Positions 39,551 to 50,942 of a DNA stretch of 64,000 bases are shown here, piece after piece (the first letter of the stretch is position 1; every line of letters starts with the position of its first letter). The stretch covers positions 192,001-256,000 of the forward strand of contig CAWBMP010000005.1 of assembly GCA_963790025.1 (NCBI GenBank), in the 5' to 3' direction. Both the position numbers and the translations under genes were made by a program. Below the pieces are notes generated by a model. The model did no database searches and was not told the DNA's origin. It saw nothing but the letters and a program-made list of their open reading frames with translations. The stretch comes from Nitrospirota bacterium. GTDB taxonomy: Bacteria; Nitrospirota; Thermodesulfovibrionia; Thermodesulfovibrionales; Dissulfurispiraceae.

Positions 39551-42289
39551 ATGGCTACTATTTTTATAGACAACAAACCTTATAAGGTTAAAGAGGGGGA
39601 CAACCTGCTCCATGCATGCCTGTCCCTGGGCTTCAATATACCGTATTTCTGCTGGCATCCTGCCATGCATTCGGTAGGGGCCTGCAGGCAGTGTGCGGTA
39701 AAACAATTTAAAGACGAGCACGATACGCGCGGCAGGATAGTAATGTCCTGCATGACACCTGCAGCGGACGGCACGCGCATATCGATTGACGATGATGAAG
39801 TCCGGGCCTTCAGAAAAAGCGTTATCGAGTGGCTGATGACCAATCATCCGCATGACTGTCCTGTCTGCGATGAAGGTGGAGAGTGCCACCTGCAGGATAT
39901 GACTGTAATGACAGGACACAGTTACCGCCGTTTCCGGTTCAAAAAGCGCACTTACCGAAATCAATACCTGGGTCCGTTCGTTAACCACGAAATGAACCGC
40001 TGTATTCAGTGTTACCGTTGCGTCAGGTTTTACCGGGACCATGCAGGGGGACGGGACTTCGATGTTTTTGCAGCGCATAATCATGTATATTTCGGCAGGC
40101 ATGAGGATGGCGTCCTGGGAAATGAGTTCAGCGGCAACCTTGTTGAGATATGTCCTACAGGCGTTTTTACCGACAAGACGCTTAAGCGCCATTACTCCCG
40201 CAAATGGGATTTGCAGACCGCTCCATCCATATGTGTGCATTGCGGAATTGGTTGCAACACTATTCCCGGAGAGCGGTATGGACACCTGAGGCGGATACAA
40301 AACCGTTATAACGGCGCTGTAAATGGATATTTTCTGTGCGACCGGGGACGCTATGGGTATGAGTTTGTTAACGATGAGCGCCGAATAAGGGAGCCCCTGA
40401 TCAAACGCCTGCCCCAGCATGCATTAAGCGGCGGTCCCGGCCTTCCTGTTCCAAAGGGAGAGGTCATGCAGCACCTGTCGCGGTTTTTCTATTTCGGCGC
40501 ACGGGTAATCGGCATCGGTTCTCCCCGTGCTTCGCTTGAAGCAAATTTTGCCCTTCGCTCGCTCGTCGGAGAAGAACATTTTTATCCGGGACTATCTGAA
40601 ATGGATGCTCTCCTGCTGGCCAAAATCATAAAGATACTCGAAGAAGGGCCTGCCCGTTCCCCTTCACTGCATGAGGCCGGGGCAGCCGACGCGGTTTTTG
40701 TTCTCGGTGAGGATGTGACCAATTCAGCGCCCATGCTGGCCCTTGCATTGCGCCAGTCAGTAAGGCGCGGGCCGATGGAAATTGCGAGGCGGCTGCATAT
40801 CCCGGAATGGGATGACGCTGCAGTGCGCGGGGCAGTTCAGCAGGAAAGAGGGCCGCTTTTCCTTGCGACGCCTTACAGTACAAAGCTCGATGACGTGTCC
40901 ACTCACGCATATCATGCAGCCCCTGATGACCTGGCGCGGCTTGGATTCGCAGTGGCCCATGAGCTGGATAGCAGTTCTCCGGCAGTGAAAGGTTTGCCGA
41001 AAAAGCTTCATATACTCGCTGTTGACATCGCACAGGCCTTAAGTCGGGCCCAACAGCCGCTTATAGTTTCGGGCACCGGCAGCGGCAGCGGGGCTGTAAT
41101 TGAGGCTGCTGCCAATATTGCGTGGGCGCTTTGCAAGGAGGGCCGTGCAGCAGGCCTCTCATTTGCCGCACCAGAATGCAACAGCCTCGGACTGGCGCTT
41201 ATGGGAAAAGGAAGTGTGAACGATGCATTCAAGGCAGTGCATGACGGCGCAGTGGATACGGCAATTGTTCTTGAAAATGATCTGTACCGGAGGGCGGAGA
41301 CAGAAGAGGTGAACAGGTTTTTCGACCGCTTGCGCCACGTGATTGTTATAGACCATAACGCTACTGAAACAGTTTCAAGGGCCGATATTGTGGTTCCAGC
41401 CGCCACCTTTGCAGAAGGGGATGGAACACTGGTGAATAACGAGGGTCGGGCACAGCGGTTCTATCAGGTTTTTGTGCCTGACGGAGACATACAGGAGAGC
41501 TGGCGCTGGCTGCGGGATGTCATGACTGCTGCCGGACGCCCGGGCGCAAAGGAATGGACGGGTCTGGATGATGTTGGACAATCCATGTCACTGGCGATGA
41601 CTAAAGCCATGCCTGCTTTCCGGGAGATAGCAAAGGCATCACCTCCCTCAGGATTCCGCATAGTGGGACAGAAAATTCCTCGTCAGCCTCACCGGTACAG
41701 CGGGCGAACAGCCATGCGTGCAGATATTTCCGTACATGAGCCGAAGCCTCCTGCGGACCCGGATTCGCCTCTTTCCTTTTCCATGGAAGGATTCGCGGGG
41801 GAACCGCCTGCCGCACTCATTTCCCGATTCTGGGCGCCGGGCTGGAACTCGGTGCAGGCGGTGAACAAATTTCAGAGTGAGATAGGAGGCCCGCTGCATG
41901 ACGGAGATCCGGGGCAGCGGCTTTTGGAACCGAACAAGGAAAGCGTGGTCCCCTATTTCAGCACGGCGCCGGAGGCCTTTTCAGTACGCGAAAATGCTTT
42001 GTTCTTTGTGAGAATGTCCCATATATTCGGTTCAGAGGAACTGAGTGCCGTTAGTCCCGCTATCAAGGAGCGCTCCCCTGCGCCGTACCTAGGGATCAGG
42101 CCGGGGGATGCCGCACTTTTACAGATAGGTGAAGGAGAAGAGACGCAGCTCAATATAAACGGCACGGATTATGTTCTGCCGGTCAAGTACCTGCATGAAC
42201 TGCCGGCCGGAGTAGGCGCGCTGCCTGCGGGGTTGCGAGGGCTCGAAGGAGTTTCACTGCCTGCATGGGGGAGCATAAAGAAACCATGA
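39551..42289 (+). CDS. nuoG: NADH-quinone oxidoreductase subunit G
   Basis: FCWHP...[35 protein letters not shown]. Confidence 0.96.
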   Translation: MATIFIDNKPYKVKEGDNLLHACLSLGFNIPYFCWHPAMHSVGACRQCAVKQFKDEHDTRGRIVMSCMTPAADGTRISIDDDEVRAFRKSVIEWLMTNHPHDCPVCDEGGECHLQDMTVMTGHSYRRFRFKKRTYRNQYLGPFVNHEMNRCIQCYRCVRFYRDHAGGRDFDVFAAHNHVYFGRHEDGVLGNEFSGNLVEICPTGVFTDKTLKRHYSRKWDLQTAPSICVHCGIGCNTIPGERYGHLRRIQNRYNGAVNGYFLCDRGRYGYEFVNDERRIREPLIKRLPQHALSGGPGLPVPKGEVMQHLSRFFYFGARVIGIGSPRASLEANFALRSLVGEEHFYPGLSEMDALLLAKIIKILEEGPARSPSLHEAGAADAVFVLGEDVTNSAPMLALALRQSVRRGPMEIARRLHIPEWDDAAVRGAVQQERGPLFLATPYSTKLDDVSTHAYHAAPDDLARLGFAVAHELDSSSPAVKGLPKKLHILAVDIAQALSRAQQPLIVSGTGSGSGAVIEAAANIAWALCKEGRAAGLSFAAPECNSLGLALMGKGSVNDAFKAVHDGAVDTAIVLENDLYRRAETEEVNRFFDRLRHVIVIDHNATETVSRADIVVPAATFAEGDGTLVNNEGRAQRFYQVFVPDGDIQESWRWLRDVMTAAGRPGAKEWTGLDDVGQSMSLAMTKAMPAFREIAKASPPSGFRIVGQKIPRQPHRYSGRTAMRADISVHEPKPPADPDSPLSFSMEGFAGEPPAALISRFWAPGWNSVQAVNKFQSEIGGPLHDGDPGQRLLEPNKESVVPYFSTAPEAFSVRENALFFVRMSHIFGSEELSAVSPAIKERSPAPYLGIRPGDAALLQIGEGEETQLNINGTDYVLPVKYLHELPAGVGALPAGLRGLEGVSLPAWGSIKKP

Positions 42290-43230
42290 ATATACTGATA
42301 CCGCTTGCAATTATCATAGGTGTACTTTTTGTCCTGACAACTATCAGCGCCGGACTTATCTGGCTTGAGCGCAGATTGCTGGCCTTATGGCAGGACCGTT
42401 ATGGACCGAACCGGGTCGGTCCTTTCGGCTTGTTGCAGGTGGCAGCCGATATGGTCAAAATTTTCTTCAAGGAGGATTGGACCCCGCCGTTTGCCGATAA
42501 GACGGTATTTATACTGGCGCCTGCCATTATTATGATCAGTGTCTTCATGTCTTTTGCCGTCATCCCCTTTGCTCCGGGTATCGTCATTGCCGATATGAAT
42601 ATAGGCGTGCTCTTCTTTCTTGCCATGTCTTCATTGGGTGTCTACAGCGTTGTGCTGGCTGGATGGGCCTCGGACAGCAAATACTCGCTTCTTGGCGGCG
42701 TTCGTGCCGCTGCCCAGATGGTCAGTTATGAAGTTTTCATGGGCTTGTCGCTTATGGGAGTAGTGATACTGACCGGATCATTTAGTATCGGCGAAATTGT
42801 CGAGGCGCAGCGGGGGATGTGGTTTGTTGTTCCCCAGTTTGCCGGGTTCGTGATCTTCTTCATTGCCGGAGTCGCCGAAACTCACCGCTTGCCTTTTGAC
42901 CTGCCTGAATCTGAGAACGAGCTTGTGGCTGGATATCATACGGAGTATTCGGGGATGAAATTCGGCATGTTCTTTGTCGGCGAGTACCTGGGGATAACGC
43001 TCATTTCAGCGCTTGTTACTGTATTGTTTTTCGGCGGATGGCTCGGCCCGGTATTGCCGCCGGTAGTATGGTTTTTTCTTAAAACATTTATTTTCATCTG
43101 TTTGTTCATACTTTTAAGGGCGTCATTTCCGAGACCGCGCTATGATCAACTGATGTTCCTGGCGTGGAAGGTAATGCTGCCGCTGGCGTTATTGAATGTT
43201 GTCATTACAGGAGCACTAGTGCTCCTGTAA
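42286..43230 (+). CDS. nuoH: NADH-quinone oxidoreductase subunit H
   Basis: [31 protein letters not shown]. Confidence 0.97.
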   Translation: MNILIPLAIIIGVLFVLTTISAGLIWLERRLLALWQDRYGPNRVGPFGLLQVAADMVKIFFKEDWTPPFADKTVFILAPAIIMISVFMSFAVIPFAPGIVIADMNIGVLFFLAMSSLGVYSVVLAGWASDSKYSLLGGVRAAAQMVSYEVFMGLSLMGVVILTGSFSIGEIVEAQRGMWFVVPQFAGFVIFFIAGVAETHRLPFDLPESENELVAGYHTEYSGMKFGMFFVGEYLGITLISALVTVLFFGGWLGPVLPPVVWFFLKTFIFICLFILLRASFPRPRYDQLMFLAWKVMLPLALLNVVITGALVLL

Positions 43231-43234
43231 TGAC

Positions 43235-43349
43235 AGGTAAAAGTAAAGGTAGAGGCAGGTAGAGGTAGAGGTAGAGGTAAAAAAAGTATGAGTAATAGTA
43301 AACAGACTTGGAAGTTGCTTTGGCTATACCTTTACCTGTGCCTATGCCT
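43235..43349. repeat. AGGTARA-type hexamer tract with inverted copy (nuoH-nuoI spacer)
   Basis: AGGTAAAAGTAAAGGTAGAGG... followed by ...TACCTTTACCTGTGCCTATGCCT. Confidence 0.7.
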
Positions 43350-43366
43350 GATTTCAGGGGGGAGCG

Positions 43367-43882
43367 ATGTTTAGTCTGATTAAAGGCGCATGGACCGTTT
43401 TGCTCCATATGTTCAGTCCGAGAGTGACAGTCCAGTATCCGGATGCGAAACCATATGTGCCGCCCAGATGGAGAGGCCGCATCATTCTTTCCCGGGACCC
43501 TGATGGCGGAGAGCGCTGCGTGGCATGCTATCTGTGCGCTGCCGCGTGTCCTGTAGACTGCATTGCGCTGCAGGCCGCAGAGGACGACAAGGGCAGGCGC
43601 TATCCTGAATTTTTCCGGATCAACTTTTCGCGGTGTATCTTTTGCGGTTTTTGCGAGGAGGCGTGCCCTACTTATGCCATCCAGCTCACTACCGATTATG
43701 AGATGAGCGAATACAAGCGTGCTTCTCTTGTATACGAGAAAGAAGATTTGCTCATAAGTGGGACGGGGAAATACCCCGGCTATAACTTTTACCGGGTCGC
43801 AGGACCGGCAATAGGCGGCAAGGACAAAGGCGAAGCCGAGCATGAGGGGCCGCCGGTGGATGTGAAAAGTCTTCTGCCGTAG
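43367..43882 (+). CDS. nuoI: NADH-quinone oxidoreductase subunit I
   Basis: [12 protein letters not shown] and [12 protein letters not shown]. Confidence 0.97.
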   Translation: MFSLIKGAWTVLLHMFSPRVTVQYPDAKPYVPPRWRGRIILSRDPDGGERCVACYLCAAACPVDCIALQAAEDDKGRRYPEFFRINFSRCIFCGFCEEACPTYAIQLTTDYEMSEYKRASLVYEKEDLLISGTGKYPGYNFYRVAGPAIGGKDKGEAEHEGPPVDVKSLLP

Positions 43883-43967
43883 GCAAAGACTAAGGTATAG
43901 GTAAAGGTAAAGGTAAAGAAAGGCATGGAAATTTTGTTTGGCTAAAACTTTACCTCTGCCTATACCT
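43881..43967. repeat. AGGTARA-type hexamer tract with inverted copy (nuoI-nuoJ spacer)
   Basis: AGGTATAGGTAAAGGTAAAGGTAAAG...ACTTTACCTCTGCCTATACCT; paralogous to 43235-43349. Confidence 0.7.
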
Positions 43968-43985
43968 GCTTTTGAGGGGGGTTTC

Positions 43986-44540
43986 ATGAACGATCTGTTT
44001 TACGTATCCGCTGCGGTGGCGGTCATTGCGACAGCTATGGCAATTACAAAACTTAATGCCGTGCATGCATTGCTATATCTGATCATTTCGCTGCTGGCAG
44101 TGGCGCTGGTCTTTCTTTCACTCGGAGCGCCTTTTGTAGCTGCGCTCGAAGTGATTATTTATGCAGGCGCCATAATGGTGCTTTTCGTATTTGTCATCAT
44201 GATGCTTAATCTTGGCCCGGAACAAGTTGCACGTGAAAGGAAATACTTCGGCTCCTCGGCCCGGCCTTCAGTGTGGCCCACAGCCACAGCCTGGATAGGC
44301 CCTATGGTTATGGCAGGTATACTAATTGCCGAACTCTTCTTTGCGTTTGTACGCGGCGGAGGGCAGGTGGCCGGTGCTGTCATTATCGGGCCGAAGCAGA
44401 CCGGCATAGCCCTTTACAGCACCTACCTGATCGGCGTCGAATTGGCATCGATGCTTTTGCTCTCCGGCCTGATCGGGGCCTGCCATCTGGGACGACGCGA
44501 TAGTAATAGCAACACCGTACAGAGCAGGGGAGGACAATAA
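43986..44540 (+). CDS. nuoJ: NADH-quinone oxidoreductase subunit J
   Basis: [24 protein letters not shown]; operon position. Confidence 0.95.
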   Translation: MNDLFYVSAAVAVIATAMAITKLNAVHALLYLIISLLAVALVFLSLGAPFVAALEVIIYAGAIMVLFVFVIMMLNLGPEQVARERKYFGSSARPSVWPTATAWIGPMVMAGILIAELFFAFVRGGGQVAGAVIIGPKQTGIALYSTYLIGVELASMLLLSGLIGACHLGRRDSNSNTVQSRGGQ

Positions 44541-44544
44541 CATA

Positions 44545-44853
44545 ATGACTGCTGTTCCTATGGAACATGGCCTCATCCTTGCGGGAGTGCTTTTTGTACT
44601 GGGCCTTTTAGGGGTGCTGGTACGGCGTTCAATCATTTTTATGCTGCTTTCCATAGAAATCATGTTGAATGCCGCCGGTCTCGCCTTTGTAGTTGCCGGG
44701 TCGCGGTGGCGGCAGCCTGACGGACAGGTGATGTTTATCTTTATCCTCGCAATGGCGGCAGCTGAAGTATCTGTGGGACTGGCCCTTACGCTGCAGATGC
44801 ACCACAAACTTAAGACGCTGGATACCGATGCGGCCGACCGGATGAAAGGATGA
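44545..44853 (+). CDS. nuoK: NADH-quinone oxidoreductase subunit K
   Basis: [24 protein letters not shown]. Confidence 0.96.
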   Translation: MTAVPMEHGLILAGVLFVLGLLGVLVRRSIIFMLLSIEIMLNAAGLAFVVAGSRWRQPDGQVMFIFILAMAAAEVSVGLALTLQMHHKLKTLDTDAADRMKG

Positions 44854-44862
44854 GAGACTGAT

Positions 44863-46767
44863 ATGAATGTAACACTCTGGCCGATATTATGGTTGGTCCC
44901 GGCACTGCCCTTCGCAGGGTTTTTACTCCTCGCGTTGGCAGGCAGAAACCTCCCGCGCAATGCAATTGCGGTGATCGGCGCAGGTTCGGTCGGGCTTTCG
45001 ATGGCAACTGTTTTTTTCACCGGCTTCTCATTCATCACTGGTCCACCCTGGACACATGTTTATGTGCAAGTGCTCTGGACGTGGCTTGACGTGGCGGGTT
45101 TCAGCCCGGGGATTGCCTTTTACCTCGATGCATTATCGCTTGTCATGGTGGTTGTCATAACCTTCATCGGTTTTCTTATACATATCTATTCAGCCGCATT
45201 TATGAGAGAAGAAGAAGGGTACGCGCGTTTTTTTGCATACATGAATCTTTTTGTCGGCTCTATGCTGACCCTTGTGCTCGCGGATAATCTGCTGCTGCTC
45301 TATCTTGGATGGGAGGGAGTGGGCCTTTGCAGTTATCTCCTTATAGGGTTCTGGTACAAAGACGGGGCCAATGGTTATGCCGCGCGCAAGGCGTTTGTGG
45401 TGACACGTGTGGGCGATTCATCTTTCGCAATAGGCCTTTTCCTGCTTTTTTCCAATCTGGGGACCTTGCAGATACAGGAACTCATGTATCGCGCGGGGCA
45501 GCAGTGGGCGCCCGGCTCAGTTCTCGCCGTTGCTGCAGCCGCCCTGCTTCTCGGCGGCGCAGTGGGAAAATCAGCCCAGCTTCCGCTCCAGACATGGCTC
45601 CCCGATGCGATGGCCGGGCCGACCCCGGTGAGCGCACTTATCCATGCAGCAACGATGGTTACAGCGGGAGTGTATCTGATTGCCCGGACCCATACGCTGT
45701 TTGCGCTCGCTCCTGTCGTGCAAACGGCAGTCGCCGTAATCGGCGCCGTGACGTTGCTGCTTGCCGGTTTCAGCGCACTTGTTCAGAGTGACCTAAAGCG
45801 GGTGCTCGCATATTCGACTATGAGCCAGATCGGCTATATGTTCCTTGCGCTCGGAGTCGGGGCCTGGTCGGCAGCCATTTTCCACTTCATGACTCACGCC
45901 TTCTTCAAGGCCCTTCTCTTCCTGGGTGCAGGCATGGTCATCATAAGCCTTCGCGATGAACACAATATGTTCAAAATGGGCGGGCTCCGAGTTCAGCTCC
46001 CCCTCGTATTCTGGACCTTCCTGATGGGCGCTTTGTCGCTATCGGCTCTGCCGCTTGTCACCGCGGGTTTCTACAGCAAGGATTTGATCTTATGGGAGGT
46101 ATGGTCTTCAAAGGCAGGGGGGCCCTGGTTGTGGGCCGCCGGCGTGGCAGGGGCACTGTTGACTTCTCTATATAGCTTCCGGATGGTGTTCCTTACTTTC
46201 TACGGTGAGGCTAAAACCTTGGTGAGCGGCAAACCGGGAATGCTTATGTCCGTGCCGGTTATTATACTTGCCGTTCTCTCTGCGGCAGGAGGTTTTGTCG
46301 AGCTGCCTTCCGGTATGGGTGGACTGCATTTTTTTACCGGGTTTATGAACTCGGCACTGCCGGCAGTGCAAAGTGTCGGCAATAGGATGGCGGGTGAATC
46401 AATTCTGCAGATAATTACAGGCATGGTGTCTGTTGCAGGCATTGTGCTGGCATGGTTTCTTTTTTTGAGATCGCCACGTTACTTGGCGATACTTGCACAG
46501 TCCAGGTTCGGAACGCTTGTGCACCGTCTATGGTACGCAGGGTGGGGCTTTGACTGGATATACGATACATTTATTGTAAGGCCATTTGTATGGGCGGCAA
46601 AAGTGAACAGGGACGATTTTATCGATCTTATTTACCTCGGGGTCATCTGGACCAGCAGGGGCCTCAACCGGTCCCTCACAGTCACACAGTCCGGGAAGGT
46701 GAGGTGGTATGTGGCGGGCATTGCCGGAGGAGCAATAGTGATTTTGGGAATTGTGGTGTTCTCATGA
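44863..46767 (+). CDS. nuoL: NADH-quinone oxidoreductase subunit L
   Basis: GWEGVGLCSYLLIGFW, GKSAQLPL.TWLPDAMAGPTPVSALIHAATMV. Confidence 0.97.
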   Translation: MNVTLWPILWLVPALPFAGFLLLALAGRNLPRNAIAVIGAGSVGLSMATVFFTGFSFITGPPWTHVYVQVLWTWLDVAGFSPGIAFYLDALSLVMVVVITFIGFLIHIYSAAFMREEEGYARFFAYMNLFVGSMLTLVLADNLLLLYLGWEGVGLCSYLLIGFWYKDGANGYAARKAFVVTRVGDSSFAIGLFLLFSNLGTLQIQELMYRAGQQWAPGSVLAVAAAALLLGGAVGKSAQLPLQTWLPDAMAGPTPVSALIHAATMVTAGVYLIARTHTLFALAPVVQTAVAVIGAVTLLLAGFSALVQSDLKRVLAYSTMSQIGYMFLALGVGAWSAAIFHFMTHAFFKALLFLGAGMVIISLRDEHNMFKMGGLRVQLPLVFWTFLMGALSLSALPLVTAGFYSKDLILWEVWSSKAGGPWLWAAGVAGALLTSLYSFRMVFLTFYGEAKTLVSGKPGMLMSVPVIILAVLSAAGGFVELPSGMGGLHFFTGFMNSALPAVQSVGNRMAGESILQIITGMVSVAGIVLAWFLFLRSPRYLAILAQSRFGTLVHRLWYAGWGFDWIYDTFIVRPFVWAAKVNRDDFIDLIYLGVIWTSRGLNRSLTVTQSGKVRWYVAGIAGGAIVILGIVVFS

Positions 46768-48341
46768 TACTGATATGGTTTATTCTGCTTCCCCTTACAG
46801 GTGGCGTGGCAGCCTGGTTAACAGGGCGCCTTAATCCCGTGCTATCACGCTGGGTGGCGCTTATCGCTCTTATGTCGACCTTTGCTCTTGCGTCCGTAAT
46901 ATGTGTGCAAAGTGCAGGCATCATCGATATCATAGGCGGGGGTGCAGGCGGGGCCCCCGGAAAATCGGAGATTTTTTGGGGCGGAGGAACCTGGCTTTAT
47001 GATCTGCACTACGAATGGATACCCCAGTTGGGTATAAGTTTCCATCTGGCAATGGATGGACTGAGCCTTTTGCTTCTGCTGCTCAGTTCTTTTTTAGGCA
47101 TCATGTCGGTGGCGGCTTCATGGACCGAGATTAAGGACAGGACCGGGTTTTTTCACTTGCAATTGCTGCTGGTACTTGCCGGTATAAACGGAGTTTTTCT
47201 TGCAATTGACCTCTTTGTTTTTTATTTTTTCTGGGAGCTGATGCTGGTGCCGATGTACTTTCTGATTGACCTGTGGGGGCATGAGAACCGGCATTATGCG
47301 GCAGTCAAATTTTTTGTGTTCACACAGGTCAGCGGCTTATTGATGCTGATTTCCATACTCGGGCTTTATTTTATTCATGGAGCGGCCACCGGCATATATA
47401 CTTTTGACTATATGGAACTGCTCCGCCACCAGTTGAAAGGAGGCGCTTCATTATGGCTGATGCTCGGTTTCTTTATTGCCTTCGCAGTGAAGCTCCCTGT
47501 GGCTGGTGTTCACACCTGGCTTCCGGATGCGCACACTGAGGCCCCTACCGCCGGAAGCGTTATACTTGCCGGGTTGCTTTTAAAAACCGGGGCTTATGGA
47601 TTGCTCCGCTTTGTTATTCCCTTATTTCCGGCAGCCTCTTACGATTTTGCCCCGGTTGCGATGATACTGGCAGTTGTCGGCATCCTCTATGGAGCAGTCA
47701 TGGCATTTGCACAAGTCGATCTCAAACGCCTTGTAGCTTATACCAGCGTCAGTCATATGGGATTCGTGCTTCTCGGTATATATGCGGGGAATGTGCTCTC
47801 AATGCAGGGCGCGGTGATGCAGATCATCTGCCACGGAGTCAGTACCGGTGCACTATTCATTATCGTGGGTGCCCTCCAGGAGCGCATCCATACCCGTGAT
47901 ATGAGCGCCATGGGGGCACTGTGGTCAACGGTGCCTCGCATGGGTGCTGTCGCCCTTTTCTTTGCCCTGGCGTCCCTGGGGCTCCCCGGTCTCGGAAATT
48001 TCATCGGCGAATTTCTCGTGCTTCTCGGGGCCTACCCTGTTAACAGCGTCATTACCTGTATTGCCTCGACCGGGTTTGTCGGCGCAGTAGTATATTCATT
48101 GTGGATGATTCAGTGTGTCTTTCAGGGGCCGGCGAATGCAACACATAAGTGGCAGCCGCCTGACTTTGCCTTTCGTGAAATGGCAGTAATGGGAGTGATG
48201 ATGTTTGTGCTCTTATGGCTCGGACTTTATCCGCAGCCTGTGTTTGATATCGCAAAGAGGCCCATAGAGAATATACGGCTTACCGGTCAGCTAAAAAATC
48301 CTCCTGCGCTGGTGGATGTCCGCAATGGAGGCAGACAATGA
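46764..48341 (+). CDS. nuoM: NADH-quinone oxidoreductase subunit M
   Basis: FWELMLVPMYFLI, HTWLPDAHTEAPT, LGLPGLGNFIGEF; ATGA overlap with nuoL. Confidence 0.96.
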   Translation: MILIWFILLPLTGGVAAWLTGRLNPVLSRWVALIALMSTFALASVICVQSAGIIDIIGGGAGGAPGKSEIFWGGGTWLYDLHYEWIPQLGISFHLAMDGLSLLLLLLSSFLGIMSVAASWTEIKDRTGFFHLQLLLVLAGINGVFLAIDLFVFYFFWELMLVPMYFLIDLWGHENRHYAAVKFFVFTQVSGLLMLISILGLYFIHGAATGIYTFDYMELLRHQLKGGASLWLMLGFFIAFAVKLPVAGVHTWLPDAHTEAPTAGSVILAGLLLKTGAYGLLRFVIPLFPAASYDFAPVAMILAVVGILYGAVMAFAQVDLKRLVAYTSVSHMGFVLLGIYAGNVLSMQGAVMQIICHGVSTGALFIIVGALQERIHTRDMSAMGALWSTVPRMGAVALFFALASLGLPGLGNFIGEFLVLLGAYPVNSVITCIASTGFVGAVVYSLWMIQCVFQGPANATHKWQPPDFAFREMAVMGVMMFVLLWLGLYPQPVFDIAKRPIENIRLTGQLKNPPALVDVRNGGRQ

Positions 48342-49807
48342 GTCCTGCCGATCTTACAGCCTTATTGCCGCTCATAGCATTGGCTGCTGCTTCGGTTATT
48401 GTTATGATGGTCATAGCATTCTATCGGGACCATAGGATGACTGCTGCATTGACAATGGCGGGCCTGGTCATTGCATTTTTAATGCTGTGGAAAACGTCAT
48501 CGATGCTGCCGCGCCAGGCAACGCCGCTTATTCTTCTCGACCGTTACGCCTTTTTCTATATGGGACTGATTTTCATAGCGAGTTTTTTTGTGGCCGCACT
48601 TTCATACGGATACTTCGAGCACCGTCCCGGAAGACACGAAGAGTTTTATGTTCTCCTGCTCTTCGCAACCCTGGGTTCAGCAGTGCTTGCTGCGAGCAGC
48701 CATTTCATCTCCTTTTTTCTGGGACTGGAACTGCTCGGCATATCTCTTTATTCCCTGATCGCCTATCAGCGCACCGATGAGTGCGGTAATGAGGCAGGCA
48801 TGAAGTATCTCATTCTTGCCGCTGTCTCGTCATCTTTTTTGCTTTTCGGCATGGCGCTGGTTTATGCACAAATGGGAACTATGCAGTTTGCCCGAATTGC
48901 AGAGGAGTCTGCCGTATATATAGCATCATCGACATCATCGTTGCCGCTACTTGCCGGCTTCGCGTTTATAATCGTAGGGGTGGGCTTCAAACTTGCGGTG
49001 GTCCCCTTTCACATGTGGTCACCGGATGTTTACGAAGGCGCCCCTGCACCGGTCAGCGCGTTTATAGCAACTGTCTCAAAGGGCGCCGTGTTCGCATTGA
49101 TGCTGCGCTATTTTACTGTGGTAACCCTTCATCAATTCCCGGCTATTGTTAGTGTGATAACCGCTGTTGCAGTGGCATCCATGCTGATCGGCAATCTTCT
49201 GGCATTGGTCCAGGACAATATCAAACGCATTCTTGCCTATTCGTCCATTGCACATTTGGGATATGTACTGGTAGCCTTACTTGCGGGTGGAGCGGAGTCG
49301 GTGACTGCGGTATGTTACTATTTGGCCGCTTACTTTGTGACCATTATGGGTGCTTTTGGGATTGTTTCCGTAATTTCCTCATCCCCGGGCAGCAGGAGGG
49401 ACAGGGATGCAGATTCACTCGACGAGTACCGTGGCATGGCATGGCGCAGGCCGTGGGTGGCCGGAATGTTCACACTGGTACTGCTTTCGCTGGCAGGCAT
49501 TCCGCTGACCGCCGGATTCATCGGTAAGTTTTATGTAATCGCAGCCGGAGCCCACTCAACTTTATGGCTGCTGCTGGTAGTGCTTGCTATTAGCAGTTCC
49601 ATAGGACTCTATTATTATCTGCGCATCATTACTGTTTTGTATGCGGAAATGCCCGAAAGGCAGGGGACGCCCGCTGCGGTAGCGCGATTATCTGCAAGCG
49701 GGGGGACGGCCCTGGCCGTGCTTGCACTGCTGCTGATCTGGCTGGGGGTATATCCTTCGCCGCTTATACAGCTCATAAAAGCAACGGCAGCTCATCTTAT
49801 TCACTAA
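48338..49807 (+). CDS. nuoN: NADH-quinone oxidoreductase subunit N
   Basis: EAGMKYL, FKLAVVPFHMWSPDVYEGAP, SLAGIPLTAGFIGKF. Confidence 0.97.
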   Translation: MSPADLTALLPLIALAAASVIVMMVIAFYRDHRMTAALTMAGLVIAFLMLWKTSSMLPRQATPLILLDRYAFFYMGLIFIASFFVAALSYGYFEHRPGRHEEFYVLLLFATLGSAVLAASSHFISFFLGLELLGISLYSLIAYQRTDECGNEAGMKYLILAAVSSSFLLFGMALVYAQMGTMQFARIAEESAVYIASSTSSLPLLAGFAFIIVGVGFKLAVVPFHMWSPDVYEGAPAPVSAFIATVSKGAVFALMLRYFTVVTLHQFPAIVSVITAVAVASMLIGNLLALVQDNIKRILAYSSIAHLGYVLVALLAGGAESVTAVCYYLAAYFVTIMGAFGIVSVISSSPGSRRDRDADSLDEYRGMAWRRPWVAGMFTLVLLSLAGIPLTAGFIGKFYVIAAGAHSTLWLLLVVLAISSSIGLYYYLRIITVLYAEMPERQGTPAAVARLSASGGTALAVLALLLIWLGVYPSPLIQLIKATAAHLIH

Positions 49808-49846
49808 GAGCAGCAAATAGCATTTTGCTATTTCTAACCGACATCT

Positions 49847-50809
49847 TCAGGGGATGAGTACTATTTTACCGTAGGCGGTTGTTTCCATAATTTCGTGATG
49901 TGCACGGGCGGCTTCGGCTAAAGGGATTTCCCTTCCCACGACCGGGCGCAGGGTGTTGTTTTGCAGTCCGGCCGCGAGTGCCGCATGAATACTGGTCAAC
50001 TGGTGTTCCCCGGCATTCAGGATACTCATTCCCAGAATCGCGGCATTGGACCTCATGGCATAGCGGGGGTCTATCTCTACTGTGCCCCGGCTGCCAATTA
50101 TAACAACCCTGCCGCCGAATGCCAGAGTACCAAGGTCTTTTGCGAGGTTGACATCGGCAAGCATTTCCAGTATGACATCGACGCCTCTGCCGCCGGTTAT
50201 TGCGCGTACCTGCTCCATATGGCCGGGGGCCTTGTGATCGACAACGTGATGTGCCCCTTGCTTTGCCGCGAGTTCCCGTCCCTGCACGGAACTGCTAGTC
50301 CCTATGACGGTCATTCCGGCATTATGTGCAAGCTGCACTGCGGCGAGGCCGACAGCGCCGCTGGCCCCGTGGACAAGAACGGTCTCGCCTGCGAGGGCAT
50401 GGGCCCTGAAGAAAAGGGCATAATATGCCGTGGCATACGGTATGTTTACTCCAGCGCCCTGAGTGAACGACACATTAGAAGGAAGCCTGTGCACCCGGGA
50501 CTCCATGCATAGTGTTTTTTCAGAATACGTCCCGCTGAGCGATCCTGCAACATAAACCCTTTCCCCCACTGTTACGCCGGTTACTTTTTCGCCTATAGAT
50601 TCGATAACGCCGGATGCATCCATACCTGGAGTGTACGGGAGGTCCGGCTTTAAAGCATACTGCCCCGATCTTATATACGTATCGACGGGGTTGACCCCGG
50701 CAGCATGCACTTTCACAATAACCTGAGAGGGCCCCGGTACAGGTTCGGGAATTTTCTCCATTCGCATGACTTCCGGACTGCCGAAAACATGGACCCTGAT
50801 CGCTTGCAT
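49847..50809 (-). CDS. qor: NADPH:quinone reductase (zeta-crystallin family)
   Basis: AAGVNPVDTYIRSG, VLVHGASGAVG, GKIVL. Confidence 0.9.
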   Translation of the reverse strand: MQAIRVHVFGSPEVMRMEKIPEPVPGPSQVIVKVHAAGVNPVDTYIRSGQYALKPDLPYTPGMDASGVIESIGEKVTGVTVGERVYVAGSLSGTYSEKTLCMESRVHRLPSNVSFTQGAGVNIPYATAYYALFFRAHALAGETVLVHGASGAVGLAAVQLAHNAGMTVIGTSSSVQGRELAAKQGAHHVVDHKAPGHMEQVRAITGGRGVDVILEMLADVNLAKDLGTLAFGGRVVIIGSRGTVEIDPRYAMRSNAAILGMSILNAGEHQLTSIHAALAAGLQNNTLRPVVGREIPLAEAARAHHEIMETTAYGKIVLIP

Positions 50810-50841
50810 ATGGCCCTCCTATAACCCACCGTCTGTGCTTA

Positions 50842-50869
50842 TTGACAAAATGTCTGAGGCTGATATAAT
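50842..50869 (+). promoter_or_regulatory. consensus sigma70 promoter for the tkt-tal-rpiB-zwf-pgl operon
   Basis: TTGACA-16 bp-TATAAT. Confidence 0.65.
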
Positions 50870-50942
50870 TATATCACCACAATGGGTATTTCGCATCTGA
50901 TACTCTGAATCTTTGACAATTAAAGACATAATGAGGTGTCCA

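Noticed and set aside
43205..43987. 260-aa antisense ORF with LYLYLY repeats
   Set aside because: It is a shadow of nuoI and the hexamer tracts
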